64,000 nt of DNA from Candidatus Binatia bacterium (lineage in GTDB: Bacteria; Desulfobacterota; Binatia; Bin18), in NCBI GenBank assembly GCA_963664395.2, contig OY761159.2, positions 576,001 to 640,000 of the forward strand. The letters run 5' to 3'. The position numbers were made by a program, and so were the translations under genes. Below are positions 1 to 9,487 of this stretch, piece after piece (position 1 is the first letter of the stretch; each line of letters starts with the position of its first letter). The notes below the pieces were generated by a model. It made no database searches. It was not told the origin of the DNA and saw only the letters and a program-made list of their open reading frames with translations.

Positions 1-918
1 CTGAACGAAAGAGCCATTCGGCACGATGTGCGCAAAGAAATCGAATATGGCTTTTGGGGTACCTTACTCGTTGCCGAAGCCGCGACAACGCTTGACGAGT
101 ACGTTCAATTTGCGCAGTGGGCGGCGGAAGAATCCAAGGGAAATCTTCACCTCATTCACCATGCCAGCTTCAATACCCTGGAAGAAAATATCGAAGCCGT
201 CCAAGCGACCGAACGAGCCGGCGCTGACCTCGTACTCCTCTCCTACCCGCCAACCTTTTATCCGGATAGCGCCGACGATATTTATCGCTACACCAAAACG
301 TTTTGTGACAACACCAATCTCGCCGTGATGCTCTTCCCCGTGCCGCTGTGGGGTTTTGAACGTATCCATCCGGCCGCGGGGTTTGGTCCGGATCTGATCA
401 AGCGCTTACTCGACGAGGTGCCGAATATCGCTGCAATCAAAGCGGAAGGGGGCATGCCGTCCATCGGCGGCTTTGTGGATGTCTACACCCGCTTTAGCGA
501 TCGCGTCGTGGTGACTGAACCGATTGAAGGCAACGGGCTGCCCATGGCCAGCCTGGTGCCCATGCAGTTTATGGGGACGAGTAATTATGAGTACTGGGGG
601 CCTATGATCCCCAGGATTTTCGGCCTGATCCAGGACGGCCAATTTGCAGCCGCTATGGAATTGTACTGGCAGATCCAACCTGCGCGGCAGGCCAGTATGC
701 AAGCCATGGCCATGCTTGCGGGGGCAAATTTTTTACATCGCATGCTGTGGAAATACCAAGGCTGGCTGAGCGGCTTTAACGGCGGCCCGCTCCGCACGCC
801 GACCATGCGCCTGAACGATCGCCAGATGAAGCCCTTACGCCAGGGGCTAATCGCCTCCGGACTCGAAGTCCCGGTTGAAGACGACAAAGAGTTTTTTATC
901 GGGCGTAATCCGGCCTAG
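1..918 (+). CDS. DapA/DHDPS-like aldolase family protein (5' end outside window)
   Basis: Frame is open from base 1 (LNERAIRHDVRKE...); TIM-barrel pattern with Schiff-base Lys in AAIKAEGG and GADLVLLSYPP. Confidence 0.8.
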   Translation: MNERAIRHDVRKEIEYGFWGTLLVAEAATTLDEYVQFAQWAAEESKGNLHLIHHASFNTLEENIEAVQATERAGADLVLLSYPPTFYPDSADDIYRYTKTFCDNTNLAVMLFPVPLWGFERIHPAAGFGPDLIKRLLDEVPNIAAIKAEGGMPSIGGFVDVYTRFSDRVVVTEPIEGNGLPMASLVPMQFMGTSNYEYWGPMIPRIFGLIQDGQFAAAMELYWQIQPARQASMQAMAMLAGANFLHRMLWKYQGWLSGFNGGPLRTPTMRLNDRQMKPLRQGLIASGLEVPVEDDKEFFIGRNPA

Positions 919-927
919 GGAGACCTC

Positions 928-1917
928 GTGACATTACTCCTGACGAACAAGGACGTGGAACAAGCCACGGACATCACGGCCCAGATCGACAGCATCGAAC
1001 AGGGCCTGCATGAAGAGGCCAGAAACGCGGTTGACCTTCCCCCGCGGCTGAACCTGGCAACCACTTCGGGCTTTTTTCGCGTCATGCCGGCGGTGATGCG
1101 AGACAGCGGCCTGATGGGGTATAAGGTTTTTCATGGATCGGTCCAGCATGGCGTGCGCTATCTCATTGCGGTCTATGATGAAAAAGACGGGCGACTCTTG
1201 TCGCTCATGGACGCCGCCTATCTGACCGCGACGCGCACCGGCGCAACGACCGGCGTAGCCACCAAGCACATGGCGCCATCTGAAGCCAAGACTGTTGGTG
1301 TGATTGGCTCAGGCTTGGAGGCAACCACAAACTTGCAGGCCGTATGCGCCGTCCGACCGATTGAAACCGGCAAGGTCTTCAGCCCCACCCCAGCGCATCG
1401 TGAACGCTTTGCCGGGCGGATGAGCGAGCAACTGGGCATCACCCTCAGCGCGGTCGATACCCCGGAGGAAGCGGTCAGCGGGGTTGATATTGTGGTGGTT
1501 GCGACCAACACCACCGGTGTCGGTGATCTGATCGCCTACCGTGGCAAATGGATGGAAGCCAGCAGCCACATCAATTCGATTGGCTCAACCGGCTTACAAT
1601 TGCGTGAGATTGATGCCGCGACATTCCAACGCGCGGAGCGCATTGTGGTGGATTCACGAGTGCAGATGGAGGGTGAGTCAGGCGACCTCAAAGCCGCAAT
1701 GGAAACCGGCACGTATGACCGCGCCAAGGTCATAGAACTCAAGGAAGTGGTCGCCGGTCGCGCCCAAGGCCGTTCAGGCCCGGACGAGATCACCCTGTTC
1801 AAATCCGTTGGCACCGCCATCCAGGATGTCGCCGCCGGCTTCGCGGTCTACAAAGAAGCCGTGCGCCAAGGGCTCGGGCAGGATGTCGGCGAGTTTCTGG
1901 AGCTGAAGACATTTTAG
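928..1917 (+). CDS. Ornithine cyclodeaminase/mu-crystallin family protein
   Basis: LTATRTGA, GVIGSGLEA, TLFKSVGTAIQDVA motifs. Confidence 0.92.
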   Translation: MTLLLTNKDVEQATDITAQIDSIEQGLHEEARNAVDLPPRLNLATTSGFFRVMPAVMRDSGLMGYKVFHGSVQHGVRYLIAVYDEKDGRLLSLMDAAYLTATRTGATTGVATKHMAPSEAKTVGVIGSGLEATTNLQAVCAVRPIETGKVFSPTPAHRERFAGRMSEQLGITLSAVDTPEEAVSGVDIVVVATNTTGVGDLIAYRGKWMEASSHINSIGSTGLQLREIDAATFQRAERIVVDSRVQMEGESGDLKAAMETGTYDRAKVIELKEVVAGRAQGRSGPDEITLFKSVGTAIQDVAAGFAVYKEAVRQGLGQDVGEFLELKTF

Positions 1918-1959
1918 GCGGAGGCGTCCCCGGCCCCAAGAAACCCGGCGGCGTGACGT

Positions 1960-3387
1960 TCAAGCACGTTGAGCCCGGACCTGCCGGGCCGCACGCTGGC
2001 CTGTCCAGTACGCTCCGTGGACCGTCCCAGGGTCATAGAGATGCAGGGCTTCCCCGGCGAAAAACAGCCGACCGGCAATCGGTCTTGAAAGAATCTTCGG
2101 CTCCCCACCGTTCGCCCCGACACGGAGATAGGCATACGACCCTCGCGCAAACGGGTCCGAACGCCAACGCTGGATCATCACATCGGTTGGCTCGGGAACA
2201 GCCGTCCCCATCACACCAGAGAGTTCTTTCCGCAGCCGCGTCACAACAGCCTGGTCTGACAGCTCCTCAATGTCGTGGGCGGCAGTTCCGCCGCTGAGAC
2301 CGACCAGTATGGGCACACCGGCATAGGCAGCGAAATTGACATAAAAAGAGCACAGGCTGTTGCCGCACACAAAAACAAAATCCGGCTCCTCGGGCCAAAA
2401 CGCGCGCGGAAAACGAAGGATAATCTTATTAAAGAGTCCCATACCGAGGCGTGACAATGCGGTCCGATGTGGGTGAGGTAATACCGGTTCAAAGGTGATC
2501 CGGTCCGATTGCAGCACTCCAATCGGGACGGTGACAATCACCCCGTCTGCGGTAAACGTTTCCCGCCCTGTCTCGGCCCGGATACCGTCTGCCCCATACC
2601 CAATTCGCCTGACAGTCTGACCGAATCGGACCGGGAGACCTTCAGCCAGGTGCCGAACAAGTCTGTCCATCCCATCGAGCACAAATTGCTCCCCCGAGGC
2701 GAACCCTTCCCCGGTTGGCCCGGTTATCGATTCGTATAATAGGCCGGCAAAACCGAGGTCTTGTGGCGGCACGGCGTAGAGGTTCTCTATACCCCTTTCG
2801 ATCCGGCAGCGCGCCAGACGGCCGGCCTCAGTCAACGGAGCGGGAATCGTGCTCAAGACATCGGCGACCGAAACCTTGGTGCCGGGGCGTCCAAGCCAAC
2901 CACGCGCCAGGGTCGAGACATAGGTCCAGCCGCTGTGTCGATACACCGCGGCCTCCAATTTCGCATATTCGGACTCAAATGCGGCGCGGGGAACGGCTGA
3001 CCGCCCGACAGTGCCCAACTGATAGGCCGCCATATTGCCGTAATCGCTCACCCGCGTCCTGATACCCAGACTTGCAGCAACGGCCTTGAGCGGATTGCCC
3101 GGCCCGCCGTGCAGCCAGGATGCCCCGAGGTCGATAGGGGTCTCAAAGCGTCGGTCAGTCCAGACCCGACCGCCTATACGCTCCCGGGCTTCAAGAATGG
3201 TGACCGCATAGCCAGCTCGGGTGAGATCACGGGCCGCGGCCAGCCCGCTCACGCCTGCCCCAACAATAAGGACTTTGCCGCCAGGAGGAACGGCAGAGTG
3301 CGTTTGAGACTGACAACCGGGCAACACGACCGCCCCCGCCCCCAGCACCAGCTTATGAAAGTCGCGGCGCGCGATGGGGGTCTCCAC
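1960..3387 (-). CDS. Flavin monoamine/polyamine oxidase family, predicted Tat-exported lipoprotein
   Basis: IVGAGVSGLAAA, LEARERIGGR, DLGASW, FFAGEA...TVHGA; start moved to GTG 3387 to avoid overlap; N-terminal ARRDFHK...LPGC. Confidence 0.88.
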   Translation of the reverse strand: METPIARRDFHKLVLGAGAVVLPGCQSQTHSAVPPGGKVLIVGAGVSGLAAARDLTRAGYAVTILEARERIGGRVWTDRRFETPIDLGASWLHGGPGNPLKAVAASLGIRTRVSDYGNMAAYQLGTVGRSAVPRAAFESEYAKLEAAVYRHSGWTYVSTLARGWLGRPGTKVSVADVLSTIPAPLTEAGRLARCRIERGIENLYAVPPQDLGFAGLLYESITGPTGEGFASGEQFVLDGMDRLVRHLAEGLPVRFGQTVRRIGYGADGIRAETGRETFTADGVIVTVPIGVLQSDRITFEPVLPHPHRTALSRLGMGLFNKIILRFPRAFWPEEPDFVFVCGNSLCSFYVNFAAYAGVPILVGLSGGTAAHDIEELSDQAVVTRLRKELSGVMGTAVPEPTDVMIQRWRSDPFARGSYAYLRVGANGGEPKILSRPIAGRLFFAGEALHLYDPGTVHGAYWTGQRAARQVRAQRA

Positions 3388-3398
3388 ATCACCCCTGC

Positions 3399-4934
3399 TC
3401 ACGCCTTCCGATTGAGTACATACTGCGGAGCCATCTCCCGGTCCATATATTGATTTAAGAATTCGACACACACGGGACGGCATTGCCGGAAGAGGTCAGC
3501 TCGCTGAAGATCCTGGGCAGTCGGCGGCTGAGAGGCTGCCTCACGGAGCTGTTCGAGCACGTCTTCTTTGTTGAAACGTAAGTGCTTGCGGTTTTCCATG
3601 ACAAGCTCACCGTCAATAATGACCGTCTCTACATCCGTCCCCTTGGCTCGGTAGACGAAGGCATCAGCCATATGAATGTCAGGCGCGAGATACGGCTGGG
3701 TCATCGTCTGTAGGTTCACGAGAATGATATCTGCAGCGCGGCCCGGTTCGAGTTTGCCGATAGAGTCTTTTTGCAGCGCGGCCTGTGCTCCATTTAACGT
3801 GGCCATACGGATGACGTCATGCGGACTGACCCAGGGCGACGGCGGACGTGGCAGACGGTGCAGCTTAGAGACCAAACGCAGCTCTTGGACCATATCGTCA
3901 TCATCGTTCAACGTTCCTCCATCAGTCCCAATCCCAATATTGACTCCGCGCTCTTTCATAAAAGCAACCGGCGCGATGCCACTCCGCAGACGCAGGTTTG
4001 AGCTCGCGTTGTGGCACACCGTCACCCCGGTCTCGGCCATGAGCGCCACATCGTCCTGCGTCGTCCAGACTGCATGCGCAAACGAGGTGCGTGGACCAAG
4101 CAGATGCATAGCGTGGAGCCAGGCAACATTACTCTTACCGTAGTTCTTAAAGAAGTATTCAGCTTGATACGGCGTCTCGACTACATGAATGTGGAGTCCC
4201 CGTCCCTTTTGTACTTGCTCACCAATCGCTTCCAGAATATCCGGCGTTGTCCAGACTGAATTAATCGGTCCGTAGAGGATTTTTACCTTGGCCGCTCCCT
4301 CCTCATCGCGTTCGGCATAATATTTCTCAACAAGTTTCATATACATATCGCGGGAGATTGGCGGACGGGCATTCAGGGCGGCTGCAACCTGTTTTCGGAG
4401 GTCCGCGCTCAGTTGTTGGAGGAACCAATCGTCGTCATAGGCAAACGGATGTTGATTCATCACCTCGAGCGCCAGGGCAACGCGCTGGCCTGAAGTCTCG
4501 TAGGCTTTCAGCGTAGCGTTGACCTCATCTTCATAGTTCTCCGTTCGACAGAAATGACTGTGCAACACCGTAGTCACCCCGGACTCGAGCAACTTCATAT
4601 TGGCGTAGAGCGTATCCACATAGACATTGGTCGGCGATTTGAGCATCACCAAGTCGTAGATCCACGGTTCTAAGGTGTCGTCCAACGCGCCCTGCTGGAC
4701 AGCACTCAGCCCCCACCCGTGATGATGTACGTCTACGAGGCCCGGCATAATGAGGTGTTCGTTTGAACCGATCTCTCGATGGTCGGGATAGTGCCTTTTG
4801 AGCGCGGTATAACTCCCCACTGCAGCAATGCGTGTCCCAGTCACGGCAACGGCAGCATCCGGCAGGACTTCAGTTTTTTCGCCTGGCGGCGCTGGGTTGA
4901 GGAGATATTTCCCCCGTACGAGTAGTTGGTTCAT
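3399..4934 (-). CDS. Metal-dependent amidohydrolase (MTA/SAH deaminase, AtzA-like)
   Basis: PGLVDVHHH, HIHVVE, AHAVW, GIGTDG, GKLEPGRAADII. Confidence 0.9.
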   Translation of the reverse strand: MNQLLVRGKYLLNPAPPGEKTEVLPDAAVAVTGTRIAAVGSYTALKRHYPDHREIGSNEHLIMPGLVDVHHHGWGLSAVQQGALDDTLEPWIYDLVMLKSPTNVYVDTLYANMKLLESGVTTVLHSHFCRTENYEDEVNATLKAYETSGQRVALALEVMNQHPFAYDDDWFLQQLSADLRKQVAAALNARPPISRDMYMKLVEKYYAERDEEGAAKVKILYGPINSVWTTPDILEAIGEQVQKGRGLHIHVVETPYQAEYFFKNYGKSNVAWLHAMHLLGPRTSFAHAVWTTQDDVALMAETGVTVCHNASSNLRLRSGIAPVAFMKERGVNIGIGTDGGTLNDDDDMVQELRLVSKLHRLPRPPSPWVSPHDVIRMATLNGAQAALQKDSIGKLEPGRAADIILVNLQTMTQPYLAPDIHMADAFVYRAKGTDVETVIIDGELVMENRKHLRFNKEDVLEQLREAASQPPTAQDLQRADLFRQCRPVCVEFLNQYMDREMAPQYVLNRKA

Positions 4935-4950
4935 GTGCTTTCTCCTCTCA

Positions 4951-5943
4951 CTAAAACGCCGCCTTCAGCCGCTCCTTGGGATATTCTGCCCCGACGACAT
5001 GTTCGATGGTCATGGCACGGACCATCTGATAGGTACGCACCCGGAAAGCAGGATCACACGACATGCGGATGTACATGTCTTGCGGCTTAATGTCGTAGTC
5101 TTCACGTAGCCATTCGAGCATATTCTGGGCCGCATCATACACGGCCTGCTCCATGGGTCGGTTAATACCCACCGCCACAATGCTGTCGGGCTTGTCAATA
5201 CGCACGCAGGGCAAGCGTTTGTTCTTCACTACCGTACAGCTCAGTTGCACGGTGGCGCGGGTTTCATCCGCAATGCCGGTAAACTCGGTGTCTCCCTGGC
5301 TGCCGTGGATATCGCCGATATACAGCAGCCCACCCTGGTTATACGAGTTCAAATAAATCGTGTGCCCCGCGCAAATATCGCGACAATCGATATTGCCGCC
5401 AAAGGGGCCTTGGCCGAGTAAAGACGTGAAGACTTCACGCTCCGGCGCAGTCGCCAGCGTGCCACAAAAGGGTTGGAGGTCCCACGTAAGCCTATCAGAA
5501 TAGACGCCTTTGCCGTCGCGGGTATGACCACTCGGTCCGGGCAGATGCTCAATCACCTGTACGCGCGCCTGAGAACATTGGCCATCAAAGAGGGTTGAAT
5601 TACCGTACGGCCCTATGCCGGGCAGAATGCCGGAAAAGCCGTAGCGCCAGGGATCGATAAAGTCGATATGCACGGCCAGTACATCACCCGCCTCGCAGCC
5701 TTCTATATAAATCGGACCGACTACGGGATTGTACTTCGGGGGATACGCGACCGCGAGCGCTGCAACGTGAGGATCATCCACAAACTGATGGACAGTTGGA
5801 TTATCGCTGTCGTCCTCAATCAATCCCGTCAGCGCGTCGTCTGTCTCAACCTGGAAGACTTCAGCAGGCTGGACCCGTAAGACGGGCGCGTCTCGGTTAT
5901 CGAAGGCATATTTTGTTACCTCGCCGCGTTTAATTTTTTGCAT
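4951..5943 (-). CDS. Acetamidase/formamidase family protein
   Basis: GPIYIEG, GGNIDC, GDIHGSQGD; ATG 5943 with AGGAGG upstream. Confidence 0.88.
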   Translation of the reverse strand: MQKIKRGEVTKYAFDNRDAPVLRVQPAEVFQVETDDALTGLIEDDSDNPTVHQFVDDPHVAALAVAYPPKYNPVVGPIYIEGCEAGDVLAVHIDFIDPWRYGFSGILPGIGPYGNSTLFDGQCSQARVQVIEHLPGPSGHTRDGKGVYSDRLTWDLQPFCGTLATAPEREVFTSLLGQGPFGGNIDCRDICAGHTIYLNSYNQGGLLYIGDIHGSQGDTEFTGIADETRATVQLSCTVVKNKRLPCVRIDKPDSIVAVGINRPMEQAVYDAAQNMLEWLREDYDIKPQDMYIRMSCDPAFRVRTYQMVRAMTIEHVVGAEYPKERLKAAF

Positions 5944-6081
5944 AACCTTCCTCCTTTTCCTTCGCGTAGCGTTGATCGGCCCAAATTGTGACACCAGCCG
6001 GAGCTCTCTGCAAGCGAAAACTACTTGAGTCTTGACACGGCAAAAGAGAAGGAGGAAGACCACAGGGTAAAGGAGTCAGCC

Positions 6082-7389
6082 ATGAAAAAAGAAGCTATCT
6101 TTCCTGAGTCCCTTCCCTTGCCGCGCGTCGCCTACTCCCCTGCCGTTAAGGCTGGCCCGTTTGTCTTTATATCCGGACAATTGGCGTCGGATTTCAAAAC
6201 CGGCATCCCACCAGAGGCGACTATCAATCCGAACTTTCCCAATCATGGACTCAATATTGAACGACAAGCCAACTACATTGCCGACAATCTCCGCGTTACG
6301 CTTGAGGCTTCGGGCTCCTCTTTGGAACAATGTGTCTCATTGACGCTCTACCATACAGACGCACATGAGTTGCACGGCACTTCCCAGGTCTTGCAACAGA
6401 CTTTTGGCTCAATGGGCGTGCCGCCGCATACGTCCGTTATTTTAGATGAACTGCCTGTGCCGGACTGTACGCTTGAGGTTGACCTTGTCGGCTTTGTCTC
6501 GGAAACCGGTCAGCGCGAGATTATTCAGGCCGCATCCCTGCCTCAGCCTGTCATACAGGGGCTTAATGGCCAAGCCCTGTATCAGTACGGGGTCAAGGCT
6601 GGGGAATTTATCTTTACTACGGGCATGACGGCCACCGACTTTTCAGCAGGGGTTGCGCCCCAAGCCCAGGTCGATCCCAACTTCCCCTACTATGCCGAGA
6701 GCGCCCGCTTACAAACCGAATACATTCTTGAAGCACAGCAAGCAGTTCTTCAGGCTGCTGGTGCTTCGCTTGCGGATGTTGTCAAGGCAGAAGTCTATAT
6801 GACCGACATACGAGACTTTTACCGACTGGAACAGATATGGAAAAAATACTTTCCAACAGACCCGCCTGCCCGGACAACCGTCCCGGTTAGCGATCTTGGT
6901 GTTCCGGGGTTACGGATCGCCATCAACCTCATTGCGTATTCTCCGCAAGGTGGACCAGCAAAGCGGACTATCCGGACTGACGCTGCGCCACTACCGCTGG
7001 CCCACGAGCCACAGGCTGTCCAAGCCGGCCCCTTCCTCTTTTTCTCAGGTCAGATGGCCACCGACTACCGAACCGGAATTCCAGCAGAAGCGCGTATTGA
7101 TCCCAATTTCCCGTACTACGCTTCCGCCGCAGAAAAGGGAATCAATTATGTTGTGAAGAATATTGATGCTATCTGCGCGGCCGCCGGTACGTCGCGTGAC
7201 TATCTCCTGCGCAGGCGCGGATTTTATACCGACTTTGGCGAGTTTTTTACTTCGTTTGTGACGTGGGCGGAATCCTTTCCAAATGATCCACCGGCGAGTA
7301 CCACAGTACGTGTCCCCGGCCCCCTACTCGTTCCAGGCTGCAAGGTCGTGATTGATTTAATAGGAATGATTCCGGACGAGAGCGCATAA
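6082..7389 (+). CDS. RidA/YjgF family protein with three tandem Rid domains
   Basis: Three copies of (A/G)V(K/Q)AGxFxFxxG...NFP; AAGGAG RBS before ATG 6082. Confidence 0.88.
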   Translation: MKKEAIFPESLPLPRVAYSPAVKAGPFVFISGQLASDFKTGIPPEATINPNFPNHGLNIERQANYIADNLRVTLEASGSSLEQCVSLTLYHTDAHELHGTSQVLQQTFGSMGVPPHTSVILDELPVPDCTLEVDLVGFVSETGQREIIQAASLPQPVIQGLNGQALYQYGVKAGEFIFTTGMTATDFSAGVAPQAQVDPNFPYYAESARLQTEYILEAQQAVLQAAGASLADVVKAEVYMTDIRDFYRLEQIWKKYFPTDPPARTTVPVSDLGVPGLRIAINLIAYSPQGGPAKRTIRTDAAPLPLAHEPQAVQAGPFLFFSGQMATDYRTGIPAEARIDPNFPYYASAAEKGINYVVKNIDAICAAAGTSRDYLLRRRGFYTDFGEFFTSFVTWAESFPNDPPASTTVRVPGPLLVPGCKVVIDLIGMIPDESA

Positions 7390-7451
7390 ATCCGACACCT
7401 CAATTCTTCTCGCTTCAGGCAAACGGGTCTGGCAGAGTCTGCGTACAGAAA

Positions 7452-7469
7452 CCCCCTCCTTTGGAGGGG
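7452..7469. terminator. GC-rich hairpin between convergent genes
   Basis: CCCCTCC-TTT-GGAGGGG inverted repeat between ridA-like and SnoaL stops; no U-tract. Confidence 0.35.
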
Positions 7470-7473
7470 ATCT

Positions 7474-7974
7474 TCACTCCTTCGACGCCTTCTCCCCGTC
7501 ATACCACCACGGCCGGACTTTGAATTTCTCTCCACCCCAGCCTTCATGCAGCGGGACCATGAAGTCCGTACAAATAACTTTCTCCGTAAATTTCCACTCC
7601 CCTTTAACACGTAGCAGCCTGTCTTCGTAAAATCCGGCAACAACGACAGATTCGCCCTTCAGATCGCCAACCGCATCAAAATAGCTTTTTGAAAACGCCC
7701 GCTCACCGTCAAGGGTGATGACCTGGTTATGAATGAGATGCCGTAAGACCCCGAGACGATGGCGCATATAGCGTCCGTACCAGCGCTCGACGGCGACGCG
7801 CCCTTCTCGGCGTCGGCCCGGAGGGCTTACGATCAGGTCACACGAATCGTGAAACAGCGCCATCACGTCTTGAAATTCCCCCCGGTCCACGGCCCAACAA
7901 TAGCGATGGACCAAGTCGCGTATGTCTTCTTTTTCAACAAGCTCCCGCAACATACGGTCTGACTCTTGCCCCAT
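7474..7974 (-). CDS. SnoaL/NTF2-like family protein
   Basis: IRDLVHRYCWAVD, RHLIHN, GFYEDRL...WKF. Confidence 0.85.
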   Translation of the reverse strand: MGQESDRMLRELVEKEDIRDLVHRYCWAVDRGEFQDVMALFHDSCDLIVSPPGRRREGRVAVERWYGRYMRHRLGVLRHLIHNQVITLDGERAFSKSYFDAVGDLKGESVVVAGFYEDRLLRVKGEWKFTEKVICTDFMVPLHEGWGGEKFKVRPWWYDGEKASKE

Positions 7975-8084
7975 GCGTCCCTCCTTATTGACCCCGTCCG
8001 TTTACATATCACGAGCGGAAAGGCCCATGTCCCTCCCGTTGGGCCTGGCGGAGTGAGAGAAGAATCCGGGCAAGCAGCAGCCCT

Positions 8085-8119
8085 GTGGGGTCGGGTGACG
8101 CTCGGCTCACCCGCCCTAC
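8085..8119. repeat. REP-like imperfect palindrome (GTAG-type)
   Basis: GTGGGGTCGGGTGA-cgctcggc-TCACCCGCCCTAC, intergenic. Confidence 0.45.
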
Positions 8120-8182
8120 GGGATGGGCCCACGACTGCCTGGCTTGACCGCGGCTTTTCACCCTCGTCCTTACGCCCCTGTG

Positions 8183-9415
8183 CTACACCGCCTTCACCGT
8201 CAGCTGGAGCGGATACTGGTGGAGCGAGATCGCGCCCTGCGGTGTAACCCGATTCATATCCCCAATGAAGAACCCAGACTGCATATCACGTGTGGTGGGA
8301 TTGGGTTCAATGACAATGAGCTGATTCTCTTGAAAAGGGACGTCAAGATCGACCGCCCAGCACGGGTCACCCGGAACAGAAGCATAGGGTGGGTTGATCA
8401 CCTGGGTATATCCATGGATCACAGGACACTGAACCGTATACCCTTCGTCCAGAATACGCTGAGACAGCGCAAACACATCCCTCGGCGTATTGCCGACCTT
8501 CACAACTTTTTGGACCTCCGAGTACAGTGTGACCGCTAATTCCTCTAATTTTTTGAGCTGAGGCGGGGGTTCTCCCAAAGCGACCGGACGGATGAGCTGC
8601 CCTGGGTAACCATAATACGTTCCCGTGGTCTCGGTCAGAATCAGATCTCCAGGCTGAATAGTTCGGGTAGACCCTCCCGCTACCCACCAGGAGTAGGGAA
8701 TAGAAGGCTTGGCCATTGAGGTGGAAGCAAGTGCGGCCCCATACAGCGAGCCACCCAACTTGAGATATGTTCCATGGAGCGTTGCGATGATCTCATAATC
8801 TTTCATGCCCGGCTCGACAGTATCAACGACAGCACTAAAGGCACGGTCGCACAGTTCCGCGCCCTTTTGATACCATTCGATTTCTTCTGGACTGGCGCAC
8901 AGCCGGATCTGATACATCAGGTCCTGAGCCTCTACAAAGGTTGCTTCAGGCAGGGCATCGTGCAAGAAGAGCCAGAGGTCGTGGGGCACACGGTCAGCAA
9001 TACCCACCGTTCCCGTTTCCAGCCCGCCCTCTTTAATCCGCTCCACTAGCACTTGGTGGTTCACTCCGGCTCCCCAGCGAACGTCCTGGATGTCCGACTG
9101 CGCAGCCGCCTGCGGCAGGAACGAATAGAGACTCGCAAACAAGGTCGGCTCCTGGTCTAACGGAAAGACAATGGCTCCATAGGCAATATCGATATAATTG
9201 CCGACATAGATGAGATTCGCGCTAAAGACATAACCGTTGCTGAACATGAGTAGGCAGTCGATGCTACGGTCAGCCATCGCAGTGCGGATTGCCTCATATC
9301 GACGCTGGTACTCCGCCGCCGAAAACCTGGGCCAATGACCCTGATTCTCGGCTCGAATCCGAGCATACAAAGCTTCGGCATTTTCAATACCAGGAGGCTG
9401 TAAAGTATGAGCCAT
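8183..9415 (-). CDS. M24 family (Xaa-Pro peptidase/creatinase-like) protein
   Basis: FSAAEYQRRY N-domain, ASPEEIE, TIQPGDLI, VIEPN. Confidence 0.85.
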   Translation of the reverse strand: MAHTLQPPGIENAEALYARIRAENQGHWPRFSAAEYQRRYEAIRTAMADRSIDCLLMFSNGYVFSANLIYVGNYIDIAYGAIVFPLDQEPTLFASLYSFLPQAAAQSDIQDVRWGAGVNHQVLVERIKEGGLETGTVGIADRVPHDLWLFLHDALPEATFVEAQDLMYQIRLCASPEEIEWYQKGAELCDRAFSAVVDTVEPGMKDYEIIATLHGTYLKLGGSLYGAALASTSMAKPSIPYSWWVAGGSTRTIQPGDLILTETTGTYYGYPGQLIRPVALGEPPPQLKKLEELAVTLYSEVQKVVKVGNTPRDVFALSQRILDEGYTVQCPVIHGYTQVINPPYASVPGDPCWAVDLDVPFQENQLIVIEPNPTTRDMQSGFFIGDMNRVTPQGAISLHQYPLQLTVKAV

Positions 9416-9430
9416 CGTACCTCTTTCGAT

Positions 9431-9460
9431 TTTCGCTCTTTCTCGCTCTTTCTCGCTCTT
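9431..9460. repeat. 10-bp tandem repeat (T(C/T)TCGCTCTT x3)
   Basis: tttcgctctt tctcgctctt tctcgctctt just upstream of the M24 gene RBS. Confidence 0.7.
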
Positions 9461-9487
9461 GCCTACCCCCTCTTTATCATCCCGCTT

